Virus record (IMG/VR): IMGVR_UViG_3300037470_000672
Coordinates: 111,907 to 175,906 of that record
DNA from: a virus
Length of the DNA stretch: 64,000 bases
Reading direction: 5' to 3' (one strand)
The notes below the pieces were generated by a model. That model was not told where the DNA came from and ran no database searches. It was given only the letters and a program-made list of their open reading frames with translations. This document shows, in pieces, positions 28,393 to 36,823 of this stretch (positions within the stretch are counted from its first letter, which is position 1; every line of letters starts with the position of its first letter). A program made the position numbers and the translations under genes.

Positions 28393-29321
28393 CCGGCCGC
28401 CTCAACCTCAACCTCGTCGTCTTGATCGAGCTTGTTGAGGGCTTCGAGGTGCTGGAAGCCGTAGATGATCTTCTCTTCCCTCGGCGCGGAAGGGTCGATG
28501 ACGACGAGGTTGAGCCCGAAGAACATGCCGATCTTGTGCAGCATGCCGATCTTCGTAGCCTTGTCTAGCTTCTCGAAGGCATTGGTGGCGAGGAACTCGG
28601 TACAGACGAGGTCGAGTAGCTGACCATCGTTCGCCTTACCTTTCTTCCAGCCGGTGATCTCTCTTGCGCGTTCGATAGCCTGCTCGACGTTCTCGTGCTG
28701 GCCGTCGTAGAAGAAGTAGGTCTTCTGGACGCACACCTTCGGATCTGGCAGCACATCCTGCTTTGCCTCTTCTCGGGCGGCTTTCGCTTCTTTGGCAGAC
28801 CCACCTTGCCCACGGATGCGGTTGTACTCGGCGGTCACCTTCTGGAAAGCCTCGGTGATCTCGACAATGAGGAAGTCATAGTTGACCTTCTCCGCCTTTT
28901 GGATCCAATCCTGCGCCGTCTCGGCCGTCATGATTCGGACCAACTCGCGGACCTTGGCGTATCCGAGCTGGATGAGCCTCTCCTCCCAGTCCTTGGGTAG
29001 GTTCATGCCGCCGTCTTCGACGTAGAGCCTGTACCAGATCCCTTTGAGGTACTCCGCCTTACGACCGCTGAGCCCCAGCTCCTTCTGAGCGTACTCAGTG
29101 AAAGTGCTGTAACCCCAGGACATGTAAATACCCGCGCGAAGGGGGTTGCCGTCGATGGGCGTGTCGTAGACCTCCCACAGGTACTTGGCCAACCGCATGT
29201 AGCCGGTGTCCATGTCCCGAGCGAGTTTGCGAGCTTCCCTGCGGATGTAGGTAGCCCACTCCTTCGACCCTTTCGTGCTCTTGGAGCTTTTCTTCCCGCC
29301 GTCGACCACTTCCAGCGCCAC
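28389..29321 (-). CDS. Hypothetical DNA-binding protein
   Basis: GYSTFTEYAQKELGLSGRKAEYL HTH-like segment; GGGAGG RBS. Confidence 0.6.
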   Translation of the reverse strand: MALEVVDGGKKSSKSTKGSKEWATYIRREARKLARDMDTGYMRLAKYLWEVYDTPIDGNPLRAGIYMSWGYSTFTEYAQKELGLSGRKAEYLKGIWYRLYVEDGGMNLPKDWEERLIQLGYAKVRELVRIMTAETAQDWIQKAEKVNYDFLIVEITEAFQKVTAEYNRIRGQGGSAKEAKAAREEAKQDVLPDPKVCVQKTYFFYDGQHENVEQAIERAREITGWKKGKANDGQLLDLVCTEFLATNAFEKLDKATKIGMLHKIGMFFGLNLVVIDPSAPREEKIIYGFQHLEALNKLDQDDEVEVEAAG

Positions 29322-29332
29322 GGTTACCTCCC

Positions 29333-29368
29333 ATCTCGGAATTTCAAAGATCCGAGAGCCGTTTCCAT
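29333..29368 (-). repeat. Solitary CRISPR-like repeat (family A)
   Basis: 28/36 identical, stem intact; followed on minus strand directly by GGGAGGT RBS and GTG 29321. Confidence 0.85.
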
Positions 29369-29413
29369 GATGACGTACACCCCTCGCTTGAGGGAGTCAC
29401 GACAGATTTTTCA

Positions 29414-29977
29414 TCAGCCCTTCCCCGTAACCATCTTGCGAGCCATGCGAATCACGTCACTGTCCAGACTGGCTACCACGCTACCTAGCGCATCGTACGG
29501 GTGCTCCCACTTACCCTTGGGTAAGCCCTCTAAGAGGGGGGTAAGTTGATACTCAAACATCTCGTCTAGTGCCGTCTGCACTTGGTCTTTGCTGGCGTTG
29601 TTTGCGCCACACAGCTTCTTCTTGATCGCTTGTGGGCTCACTTGATTAACCGGGAGATTATTCTCCGTTACCAAAGCACCGATGATGCCCCAACTACGCC
29701 CAATGAGCTGACAGCTTCGATTGTTGCGTGGCCAAGAAGCCCCCTCCAACGTAACAACCTCCACGCCATCGAATTTCGGGAGGAGAAAGCTGGCGATTTC
29801 TCGTGTACGTCTGAAGTCATCGTCCCCTGAGAGAAACTTCAGTTTCTTGTCGCTCTTCTTAGTCTCGACACAACCCATTGCTACAGGCACAACACGGTCT
29901 GGCCACAGATCGCAGCGACACCAGCCGAGCTTGGCTAGTCCGAGATCGAGGCCAAGCACCGTTACCGAACGACTCAC
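29414..29977 (-). CDS. ruvC: RuvC-like Holliday junction resolvase
   Basis: VLGLDLGLAKLGW, VTLEG, IKKKLCGANNASKDQV, YDALG acidic tetrad. Confidence 0.9.
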   Translation of the reverse strand: MSRSVTVLGLDLGLAKLGWCRCDLWPDRVVPVAMGCVETKKSDKKLKFLSGDDDFRRTREIASFLLPKFDGVEVVTLEGASWPRNNRSCQLIGRSWGIIGALVTENNLPVNQVSPQAIKKKLCGANNASKDQVQTALDEMFEYQLTPLLEGLPKGKWEHPYDALGSVVASLDSDVIRMARKMVTGKG

Positions 29978-30441
29978 GGATTGTCCTCATCAAGAATATT
30001 GCCGGCATCTTCGGTGACGCGGGTAGTGATCTGTTCGACCAGCCGATCTTGACGAGAAAAAGCGATCGAGGTGGCTACCACCGAACCAACAACACGTTGC
30101 GCGTCTGCTTCTTCCGTTAGCTGACCATCTCGCTTGCGGAAGATCTTCCCGACCTCGCTCTCTACATCCTTGATGAAGTTCTTCACCTTGGTGCGATGAC
30201 CGCGAAAAAGCACCGAGCAATGAAGCGTGCACACCGAGCACATCGGTACCAACTCGGCCTTCCCGGCTTCCACTTGCTCGACAACCTGCGCAGGCGTAGG
30301 AGGAACCTCCCAAAAGGCGGGTCGAGGGCAGACCGAACAAGTAGGGCGCGGTTCGCGCTTCTCGACGAAGAAACTCTCCGGGGGGAGAGGTCGACAAGCT
30401 CCCGGGTTGATCATCAAAGGCTTCTTGTGACGCCGCGTCAA
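29974..30441 (-). CDS. Hypothetical zinc-finger protein
   Basis: CSVC twice; TTG start after GGAGG RBS. Confidence 0.55.
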   Translation of the reverse strand: MTRRHKKPLMINPGACRPLPPESFFVEKREPRPTCSVCPRPAFWEVPPTPAQVVEQVEAGKAELVPMCSVCTLHCSVLFRGHRTKVKNFIKDVESEVGKIFRKRDGQLTEEADAQRVVGSVVATSIAFSRQDRLVEQITTRVTEDAGNILDEDNP

Positions 30442-30452
30442 CCGTCCTCCCC

Positions 30453-30488
30453 TTCTCGGAATTTCAAGGATCCGAGCATCCGTTCAAC
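30453..30488 (-). repeat. Solitary CRISPR-like repeat (family A)
   Basis: 31/36 identical; its 5' GTTGAA contains the stop codon of the Cas4-like gene, its 3' end abuts GGGGAGG RBS. Confidence 0.9.
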
Positions 30489-31458
30489 TTTCCCCAAAGC
30501 ATTGGTCGCTCACAGGGCAACCAAGAGCGCGTTTGCAGTCGGCAGTCTCGCAAATGCGCTCCGGGACGACTCCCAACCCCACGAGCGCAGGAAGCGCACC
30601 CGCGCTCTCCGTCTCAGACGCTTCTTCCATAGCTTGGTGCGCTTCTGCAACCGCTTGCAACCCACTATTGAGCCGTCTAGCCGCCTCCCGAATGTTCTCG
30701 ATCGTCTCCTCGTCGCGATCGACAAAGTGCTCCTGAAACGCGCTTATACCGTTTGTCCCCTTGTGCCAGTAGAGGATGACAGCCCACTGAAGACCCGTGA
30801 ACATCATGTAGACGTGCGCTTGGATTACATGGTCAAACATCGGCGACTTTTTGACCTTCCAGATGTTGCCGATGCTCTTGGCTTCGAGGATCCCCAAACC
30901 GTCACGCCCTGGGATATCGAGCACCCCGTCGCAGTGCCCCGACAGCTTCAGCTCCGGGTCTTGGAATAATAGCTCTTCATGGGATAGGACGTTGCCCGGA
31001 GCGTCACAGAAGAGACACCTCTCTGGACGCAATGTGACGATCTCTCGCCACGGCGCGTAGGGCGGCGGTTCCCAATCGTTTGGTGGCTCTCCGTAGACCC
31101 AACTCTTCTCACGAGGCAGTGTCTGATCTTTTCGATGCAGAGAGCCGCACGCACGGCATCGCCACTGACCGAGGAGGAGACCTGGTACCTGCGGAAGGAT
31201 CAGGTCTTGGAGCGCGTAGTGCAACGCCGTTCCGTGATCAAAGATCAGCCTGAGGTCGGTGTCGATCTCGCTGGTGCGTGTCACCCGAAACAGCGCCGCC
31301 AGTACCTCCTCACGCAAGCACAAGGAGTGGAACCCCGAAGCCCGGTACACTCGCCCCAGCGACGGCGGGGGTTCCTCACTACGCTCAGTGAGATGCCGGT
31401 TGATGAGGCGCACGAGCGAGTCGCTGCCTACCGACTGAAGAAAATCCGCCACAACCAC
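30484..31458 (-). CDS. Cas4-like PD-(D/E)XK nuclease with Fe-S cysteines
   Basis: ASGFHSLC, GTALH, SGHCDGVL, LEAKS, QAHVYM, C-terminal C..C..CPVSDQC. Confidence 0.8.
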   Translation of the reverse strand: MVVADFLQSVGSDSLVRLINRHLTERSEEPPPSLGRVYRASGFHSLCLREEVLAALFRVTRTSEIDTDLRLIFDHGTALHYALQDLILPQVPGLLLGQWRCRACGSLHRKDQTLPREKSWVYGEPPNDWEPPPYAPWREIVTLRPERCLFCDAPGNVLSHEELLFQDPELKLSGHCDGVLDIPGRDGLGILEAKSIGNIWKVKKSPMFDHVIQAHVYMMFTGLQWAVILYWHKGTNGISAFQEHFVDRDEETIENIREAARRLNSGLQAVAEAHQAMEEASETESAGALPALVGLGVVPERICETADCKRALGCPVSDQCFGES

Positions 31459-31760
31459 GACCTCCCCTGGAGCTTGTCGATCTCATCCACAAGACCCCTC
31501 AGCGCTGTCCGGGCCTGGGTAGCGAGGGACCTGGCACCCTCCGACGGAAGATACGTCGTACAGTTACCACATAGCAGTAAGCCGGAGTCATTGTCAAGAC
31601 GTGCCGGATTTTCACAGCACATACACACGTATTCGACCGTGTTTCCACGGATCTCAACGTAGAAGTTGAGACCCCTGGCCAGCAAACGTTGCTGGCGCAG
31701 ATTTCGCGCATAGGAGGCGTTGTGGATCGCACGAGCCTCCACGTTCGTGTGGTCAGTCAC
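31428..31760 (-). CDS. Small zinc-ribbon protein
   Basis: CMCC..CGNC. Confidence 0.55.
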   Translation of the reverse strand: MTDHTNVEARAIHNASYARNLRQQRLLARGLNFYVEIRGNTVEYVCMCCENPARLDNDSGLLLCGNCTTYLPSEGARSLATQARTALRGLVDEIDKLQGRSWLWRIFFSR

Positions 31761-32158
31761 TCCTCCTCCGTGGTCAAACCCAAAACCCGTTGCGCGACAG
31801 ACAAGGGTATTAGAATCCAGTCTTCCGACGGATGTCCGTCTTCCTCAAAGGTGATGACTACAGCGGGGTCTTTGTCCGCTCGCTTTGCCCCTTGAGAGAC
31901 TTTGTCAAGCCACGCGCGTTTCAAGCTGAGCGACTTGCACTCGGTGCGCTTGTGCTCGACATGGAGCAACGGCGTTCTGATGTCCGCGCGATCTGTGACG
32001 CTCGATTGTGCGGACCACGCCGCGCCCCCAGATCGTCGGATACGTTTCCCACCGAGAGAAGCGGCGATACGTCTTTCAGCTTTGGTCGACCGGCGGGTTC
32101 TTTCCCCCGAAGGAGCACCGATCAACCAGCCGGGTTTTGGTGGTTCGTTTTCAGGCAT
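31757..32158 (-). CDS. Small PD-(D/E)XK (Hjc-like) endonuclease
   Basis: AERRIA..RSGG..DIRTPLLHVEHK. Confidence 0.7.
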   Translation of the reverse strand: MPENEPPKPGWLIGAPSGERTRRSTKAERRIAASLGGKRIRRSGGAAWSAQSSVTDRADIRTPLLHVEHKRTECKSLSLKRAWLDKVSQGAKRADKDPAVVITFEEDGHPSEDWILIPLSVAQRVLGLTTEEE

Positions 32159-33854
32159 CCGGGGGCGCGTTCATGTCCAGGTCGTCTTCGTTCTGATCGG
32201 AACTCGTTGTTGTGTTTGTGGTGTCTGTCGCTTCCCCGAGCCGATCGAACAACTCGAAAAGCGTGTCGTAGACCTCCCAGTAGTAGCGCCGATCAGTCAT
32301 CATCTTCAGCAAGATGGGCTTCTTACCGGCGTACTTCTCACCAAAGATCGTGTAGCTAGCGCCAGCTCCGGTTAGCAGGCCGACCTTTTCGCACTGGTCG
32401 AGGAGCCAAGACTCGTCGGCGATCTCACCCATTTTCTTGTGCTCACCGTTAGCTGTGAGCATCCGAAACGTACCTTCGTACTTGGCAACAGACGTCTTGT
32501 TCTTCTCTATGCGATAGTGGAAGTCGGCATAGACGGGCGCTTCATCATCCCCTTTTTCTTGCTTGTACTCTGCGTAACCAAACCGTACTTCTGTTCCAGC
32601 AGCAAACTGCGGAGCCTGACCTCCAGGCTGAACTTCGGGGGAATTGTGAACCACAATCCCACGAGAGTCCCCGCCCACAAGGTAGAAGCTGTCTCCTTCG
32701 ATCTTTAGATCAAACTTCCGGCGATCGCGGTGCTTCTTCTTCGATAGGTGAATGGAGCGGACTTTTACCTCTATAGGTATCCTACGCACAGTAGGGGAAA
32801 GAGATGCCTCGTACCAAGACAAAAGGGTGTCTCCAGGACGAACTTCAGAAGCTCTAACTTCTTGACCACCCCCTCCAATGAGGAGGTGGTTCTCTGTGCA
32901 CGTGAATCCGTGTGCTCCTCTTCTTCCCCCAGATCCGTCGACACGGAAAGTCAACCAACGCTCGTCTTCGCTCAACTTTCCGTTCTCGTACCAATCCACG
33001 ATGGGGCGTTCGACGATCCTTTCCCCGTCCCACGATAGTACAGGACCTGTAAGACGACGCCGAACAACCTCAACGATGGGAACAACAGACCCGTCAGCAA
33101 ACATGACAGGGGTTTGCGAATGAAAACAGCCAAACATCACCCCTAGCTTCATGCGGATCTGGTTCGTCAAGAATACGGTAGGGGGTTGCCCATCTTCCCG
33201 CCTTCTGACAGTAATGGCGCTGTTGATCTTTCGAATACCTCTACCGAGGGCTCGGGATTGGAGCGCTTGGTTCTCTTTGGCGACGGAGTCTTGGATCTCT
33301 TTGACCGGTGTGAGGAAGGCGATGGAGTCGATGCCGATGACATCGACCTCTCCCGAGAGGACGAGTCCTTCAGCGATGTCGAGCGCCTCTTCAGCGTAGA
33401 CGGGCTCCGCAAGGGCGATCTCAGAGATGTCGCAAAAACGCCCGGCCCACTCAGGATCCCACTCCTCCAAGCGGATGTGAGCGCACACATGCGGATCGAA
33501 GCTCTTCTTTCCGCAGGCGCAGTTTCCAGGGTCGAGCACAGTGAGTTGCCCACATGTACGACAGGTGAGCTGTGCCATCCCGTACGTGCGGAAGAGAGTG
33601 GTCGTCTTGCCGCAAGATTTCTTTCCGAAGAGGGTGTGGAAGTAACCCTTGGCCCACCCGCCTCCCAGATGTTTGTCCATCGGCGCGATGCCGGAACAGA
33701 TTCTTGTGATCTTTGGCGCTTCGTTACCTGCACGCAAAACGTTGCCGTACAGCTTTGTGATAGCAGCGACCTCGCTGGACTCCATAAGCCGTTTGACACC
33801 ACGCCGCTTGGTCTTCGGCTCGGGTCGGTCGTCGGACTTCTTCTTGCGGGCCAA
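32151..33854 (-). CDS. recA: RecA/UvsX-like recombinase with intein
   Basis: Walker A GKKSCGKTT, VIGIDSIA, FLTNQIRMKLGVMFG/SPEVQPGG, IEKNKT. Confidence 0.92.
   Translation of the reverse strand: MARKKKSDDRPEPKTKRRGVKRLMESSEVAAITKLYGNVLRAGNEAPKITRICSGIAPMDKHLGGGWAKGYFHTLFGKKSCGKTTTLFRTYGMAQLTCRTCGQLTVLDPGNCACGKKSFDPHVCAHIRLEEWDPEWAGRFCDISEIALAEPVYAEEALDIAEGLVLSGEVDVIGIDSIAFLTPVKEIQDSVAKENQALQSRALGRGIRKINSAITVRRREDGQPPTVFLTNQIRMKLGVMFGCFHSQTPVMFADGSVVPIVEVVRRRLTGPVLSWDGERIVERPIVDWYENGKLSEDERWLTFRVDGSGGRRGAHGFTCTENHLLIGGGGQEVRASEVRPGDTLLSWYEASLSPTVRRIPIEVKVRSIHLSKKKHRDRRKFDLKIEGDSFYLVGGDSRGIVVHNSPEVQPGGQAPQFAAGTEVRFGYAEYKQEKGDDEAPVYADFHYRIEKNKTSVAKYEGTFRMLTANGEHKKMGEIADESWLLDQCEKVGLLTGAGASYTIFGEKYAGKKPILLKMMTDRRYYWEVYDTLFELFDRLGEATDTTNTTTSSDQNEDDLDMNAPPDA
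32643..33128 (-). mobile_element. Mini-intein in RecA (162 aa, no endonuclease)
   Basis: Starts CFHSQTPV, TENHLL block B, ends GIVVHN then Ser. Confidence 0.9.
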
Positions 33855-33880
33855 AAACCCTCCCAGTGCGCTTCATGTGC

Positions 33881-33916
33881 GTCTCGGAGTTTCAAGGATC
33901 CGAGCATCCGTTCACA
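33881..33916 (-). repeat. Solitary CRISPR-like repeat (family A)
   Basis: 29/36 identical; intergenic, 26 nt upstream of recA start. Confidence 0.85.
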
Positions 33917-33920
33917 CCAC

Positions 33921-34255
33921 TCAGAACGGCTCGTCGAGCACGTTCTTCATCTTCCCACCCCGCACTCGATTCCGAGCCTCTTGGATGCGCTGGCCAACCC
34001 AATCCTCCGCGAAGGCGTAGGCGTCGTTCAGCTCCTCCTTGTAGCAGGGTACGGTGACACCGACATCGACCCGAACAGTCTCGTAGTTACCTACGTTGAG
34101 CGTCAGACCGACCGCAAACTTGACCTCGGCGGGTTGGACCCGTCGGGAAAACGAGCCACGTGAAGGGTCTCCTGCTCGCTCTCCTGCGACCCAACATCTT
34201 CCCCCGACTTCTTGAACTGGGCGGTCATGCTGACCGTGGCCTCTTTCTCCTGCAT
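33921..34255 (-). pseudogene. Small phage protein gene split by a -1 frameshift near 34140
   Basis: Frame 0 MQEKEAT..LHVARFPDG continues in -1 frame VQPAEVKFAVGLTLNVGNYETVRVDVGVTVPCYKEE..EPF*; 335 nt, one short of 112 codons. Confidence 0.6.
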
Positions 34256-34286
34256 CTTGACTTCCCCTGCATCTGTCTTTGTGAAC

Positions 34287-35054
34287 TTATTGGGGATCAA
34301 CGACCTCGACGTCGTAAACACCCAAACCTTGCCAACCCGTCTCTACCTCCTCGCGGAACACGGTCTGAGCGTCTTGTCCGCGCACTTCCCCACCTTGGCG
34401 GATGAACGCTTCGCGAACGACTTCTATCATGGGGCCACTGAACAACCGCCGTCCCAGGGTGCCGTAGCGCAGCGGGGTCGACGGCAACGCACCTTTGGAC
34501 TCCATGACGTCGAGCGTCACGATCGACCGATCACACGCTTGGGCCAGCACACTGATCGGATACAACTCCATCTCGGTAAACTGACCGTTTTCACGTACCT
34601 GATAGGCGGTGCGCATGACGGGTCTGCTGCGAGCCTCCCCGAGCCGACCAGCCTTTTCCAGGTCTTTGCAGATGTCGGCGATCTGTTTTTTCGTGTACAG
34701 CCGTTCACCTCGGGCGGTCCGATGGGGGGTCTCTGGGATCCACCCCTTCTTCTCCCACCCCCTCACCGTTTGAATGGACCTATCCAGCGCTTGGGCCAAG
34801 GCCCCTACGGAACTAGCCTCCTCCCCTGTGTCGAGCTTGACGGTCTTGTATGCCGGCGTGGGCTTGGCCGACTTCACGACGCGCTTTGTCCGCCGCTCTT
34901 CGAGCGTTTCTTCGCGTTTTCGGGTGCGGCTCTGGCGGTTGTGCTCCAGCACCCGCTCTCGATAATTCGGATCGAGGTGGTAGCGAAACCTACGCCCGCT
35001 GTTGAGCGCGTCTCCGTGCTGGCGGTACCAGTCTTTGAACGACCAGGATCCCAT
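34287..35054 (-). CDS. Protein with two MerR-like HTH domains
   Basis: VGALAQALDRSIQTVRGWEKKGWIP..ERLY and ISVLAQACDRSIVTLDVMESKGALP..RRLF. Confidence 0.75.
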   Translation of the reverse strand: MGSWSFKDWYRQHGDALNSGRRFRYHLDPNYRERVLEHNRQSRTRKREETLEERRTKRVVKSAKPTPAYKTVKLDTGEEASSVGALAQALDRSIQTVRGWEKKGWIPETPHRTARGERLYTKKQIADICKDLEKAGRLGEARSRPVMRTAYQVRENGQFTEMELYPISVLAQACDRSIVTLDVMESKGALPSTPLRYGTLGRRLFSGPMIEVVREAFIRQGGEVRGQDAQTVFREEVETGWQGLGVYDVEVVDPQ

Positions 35055-35061
35055 ACGCCAT

Positions 35062-35112
35062 AACCTAACGCTAAGGGGAAGGATAGTCAAGCCTGTAATA
35101 GTCAAGCCTGTA
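35062..35112 (-). promoter_or_regulatory. sigma70-like promoter with duplicated -35
   Basis: TTGACT-17-TAGGTT; 15-bp tandem duplication ATAGTCAAGCCTGTA at 35083-35112. Confidence 0.5.
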
Positions 35113-36451
35113 AGCGCGTGTAGAGCTTCTCTCTGTTGAGCCCGGCGCGCTTGAACATCGGCACGTTATCGTCCCGGATGTCGATGACAATAGGGTCCTT
35201 CTTGCTCGGGTACGGACGGAGGATGCGCCCGACCGCTTGCTCTGCATCCCAGATAGGGGTGGCCAGGCAAAGCGTATCCAGGGGTGGGTAGTCGAAACCC
35301 TCTGACACGAGCTGCGCTGTGGCGAAGAGGACCCGCGCTTGGTCGAATGCCGCGCCCCGCTCAGCATCCTTCATTTCCTTGGCGACCTTGCCGGTGTAGA
35401 CCAGGGAGGGTGGAACTGTCCCGAGACGCTTCTTTGCGATGCTTTGGAACACACTCTGTAGCTCAGAACAGTGCGGTACCCTCTCTGACAAGACCAACAC
35501 CTTTCGGCCGGCGTCTACTGCGCCTGCGACCTGTTCGGCGACGCGACTGTTCCGGGACTTGGACGCACAGAGGAAGCGCAGGAGCAGGTTCTTACCGGCC
35601 ACGCTCGTGCCCTCTGCGTCGCGCACCCGAAAGTCGGTCCACACCCGCTTGACCTGGAACCCCAAGCGCAGGGCCGTTCCCCGATAAACGATCGGCCCGA
35701 TGTGATGGAGAAAAACATCATCGCCACCGTCGCGTCTTCGAGGAGTAGCAGACAATCCAAGCCTATGCCTTGCGGGGAAACAAGGGGCTACTGGGCTCCA
35801 TGTTTCCGCAGAGATTCTGTGGACTTCATCAGCTATTACTAAGCCAGGCCAAACGGATAGTTTTTCGTCCACACCTCTCTCTGCAAGAGTTTGCAACATG
35901 GCTATGCAAACATGGCTACCATCCAATTCCCGCTTGTCGGCTTGGAGGATACCCACCTTAGCGTCTGGGAGGAACTGCGCTAGGCGCTCCTTCCACTGGC
36001 TGAGGAGAAATTCCTTGTGCACCAGGACGAGGGTAGGTCGCTGGAGCTGCGCAATGAGGTAGGCCGCCAGGACGGTCTTTCCGAAAGCGGTAGGGGCTTG
36101 GACGATACCGCCTAGCTTACCGGCCTGGAAGTGGTCGAGGACCGCCTTGGCGGCGTCTGGCTGATCGTTGATCAATTCACCATGGAACCGCACGTCTCCT
36201 GGCCATTGTGCGCCGTCTGTAAGCCCGTAGGTAACGTCGTGCCCGCGACTCTGGTTACCGAGGAAGTATTCTCTCGGCACTCCGAAGTGCGTACCGGTCT
36301 CCCGGTAGAGTTGGATAGGCGCAGGGGTGGGACCTGGGTGATCGCCGAGCTTCCGGCGCTTGATGGTCAGACGATTGCGCAGGAGGGGGACATGATCAGC
36401 CTGTAGATCGTTCAGATCCAACCAAGCCCACCCGTCGATAAAAACCCGCAT
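35102..36451 (-). CDS. SF2 helicase (UvsW/ResIII-like)
   Basis: QAPTAFGKT, VIADEVH, LSATPRR, SEGFD, QAVGRILR. Confidence 0.9.
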   Translation of the reverse strand: MRVFIDGWAWLDLNDLQADHVPLLRNRLTIKRRKLGDHPGPTPAPIQLYRETGTHFGVPREYFLGNQSRGHDVTYGLTDGAQWPGDVRFHGELINDQPDAAKAVLDHFQAGKLGGIVQAPTAFGKTVLAAYLIAQLQRPTLVLVHKEFLLSQWKERLAQFLPDAKVGILQADKRELDGSHVCIAMLQTLAERGVDEKLSVWPGLVIADEVHRISAETWSPVAPCFPARHRLGLSATPRRRDGGDDVFLHHIGPIVYRGTALRLGFQVKRVWTDFRVRDAEGTSVAGKNLLLRFLCASKSRNSRVAEQVAGAVDAGRKVLVLSERVPHCSELQSVFQSIAKKRLGTVPPSLVYTGKVAKEMKDAERGAAFDQARVLFATAQLVSEGFDYPPLDTLCLATPIWDAEQAVGRILRPYPSKKDPIVIDIRDDNVPMFKRAGLNREKLYTRLQA

Positions 36452-36473
36452 CAGTGCCTTGCAACCATGCGCA

Positions 36474-36722
36474 TCAGTAGCGGTTGAAAAAGGCGGCGCT
36501 GCCTTTTGTCTCGGCCGAGCGTTGGAAGCTGGTCTCTTTGACCACCGCACCCCACCAGATGTCCGGCAGGGCGATCGGCTCACGGGACTTCCAGGAGTAG
36601 TCGATCTGACGTCGATGACCGCCGGGATCGTCTACGACGACCTCTACCTTCTTGGCTTCGGGGTTCAAATGGGCTCTAACGAGAGTGGGCTCGTGGGCCG
36701 GTTTGGTGAGAGGTTCTGTCAT
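36474..36722 (-). CDS. Hypothetical protein
   Basis: 82 aa ORF. Confidence 0.5.
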   Translation of the reverse strand: MTEPLTKPAHEPTLVRAHLNPEAKKVEVVVDDPGGHRRQIDYSWKSREPIALPDIWWGAVVKETSFQRSAETKGSAAFFNRY

Positions 36723-36731
36723 CAGGTACCT

Positions 36732-36753
36732 AATCCGCCCGTACGGGCGGATT
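36732..36753. repeat. Palindrome family B, 22-bp perfect
   Basis: AATCCGCCCGTACGGGCGGATT. Confidence 0.9.
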
Positions 36754-36792
36754 GGCTAGCGAGCCTAGGCGCCCTCATAGACGCCTAGGCTC

Positions 36793-36823
36793 GTCTCGGA
36801 ATTCCGAGCATTCTTTAATCAAC
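36793..36823 (-). repeat. Loop-deleted copy of CRISPR-like repeat (family A)
   Basis: GTCTCGGAATTCCGAGCATTCTTTAATCAAC keeps both repeat ends and stem; starts right after the SSB stop codon. Confidence 0.7.

Noticed and set aside
29414-29977. RuvC ORF as a TnpB/Cas12 effector for the array
   Set aside because: Only 187 aa with a contiguous resolvase-type tetrad; lacks WED/REC and zinc-finger regions.
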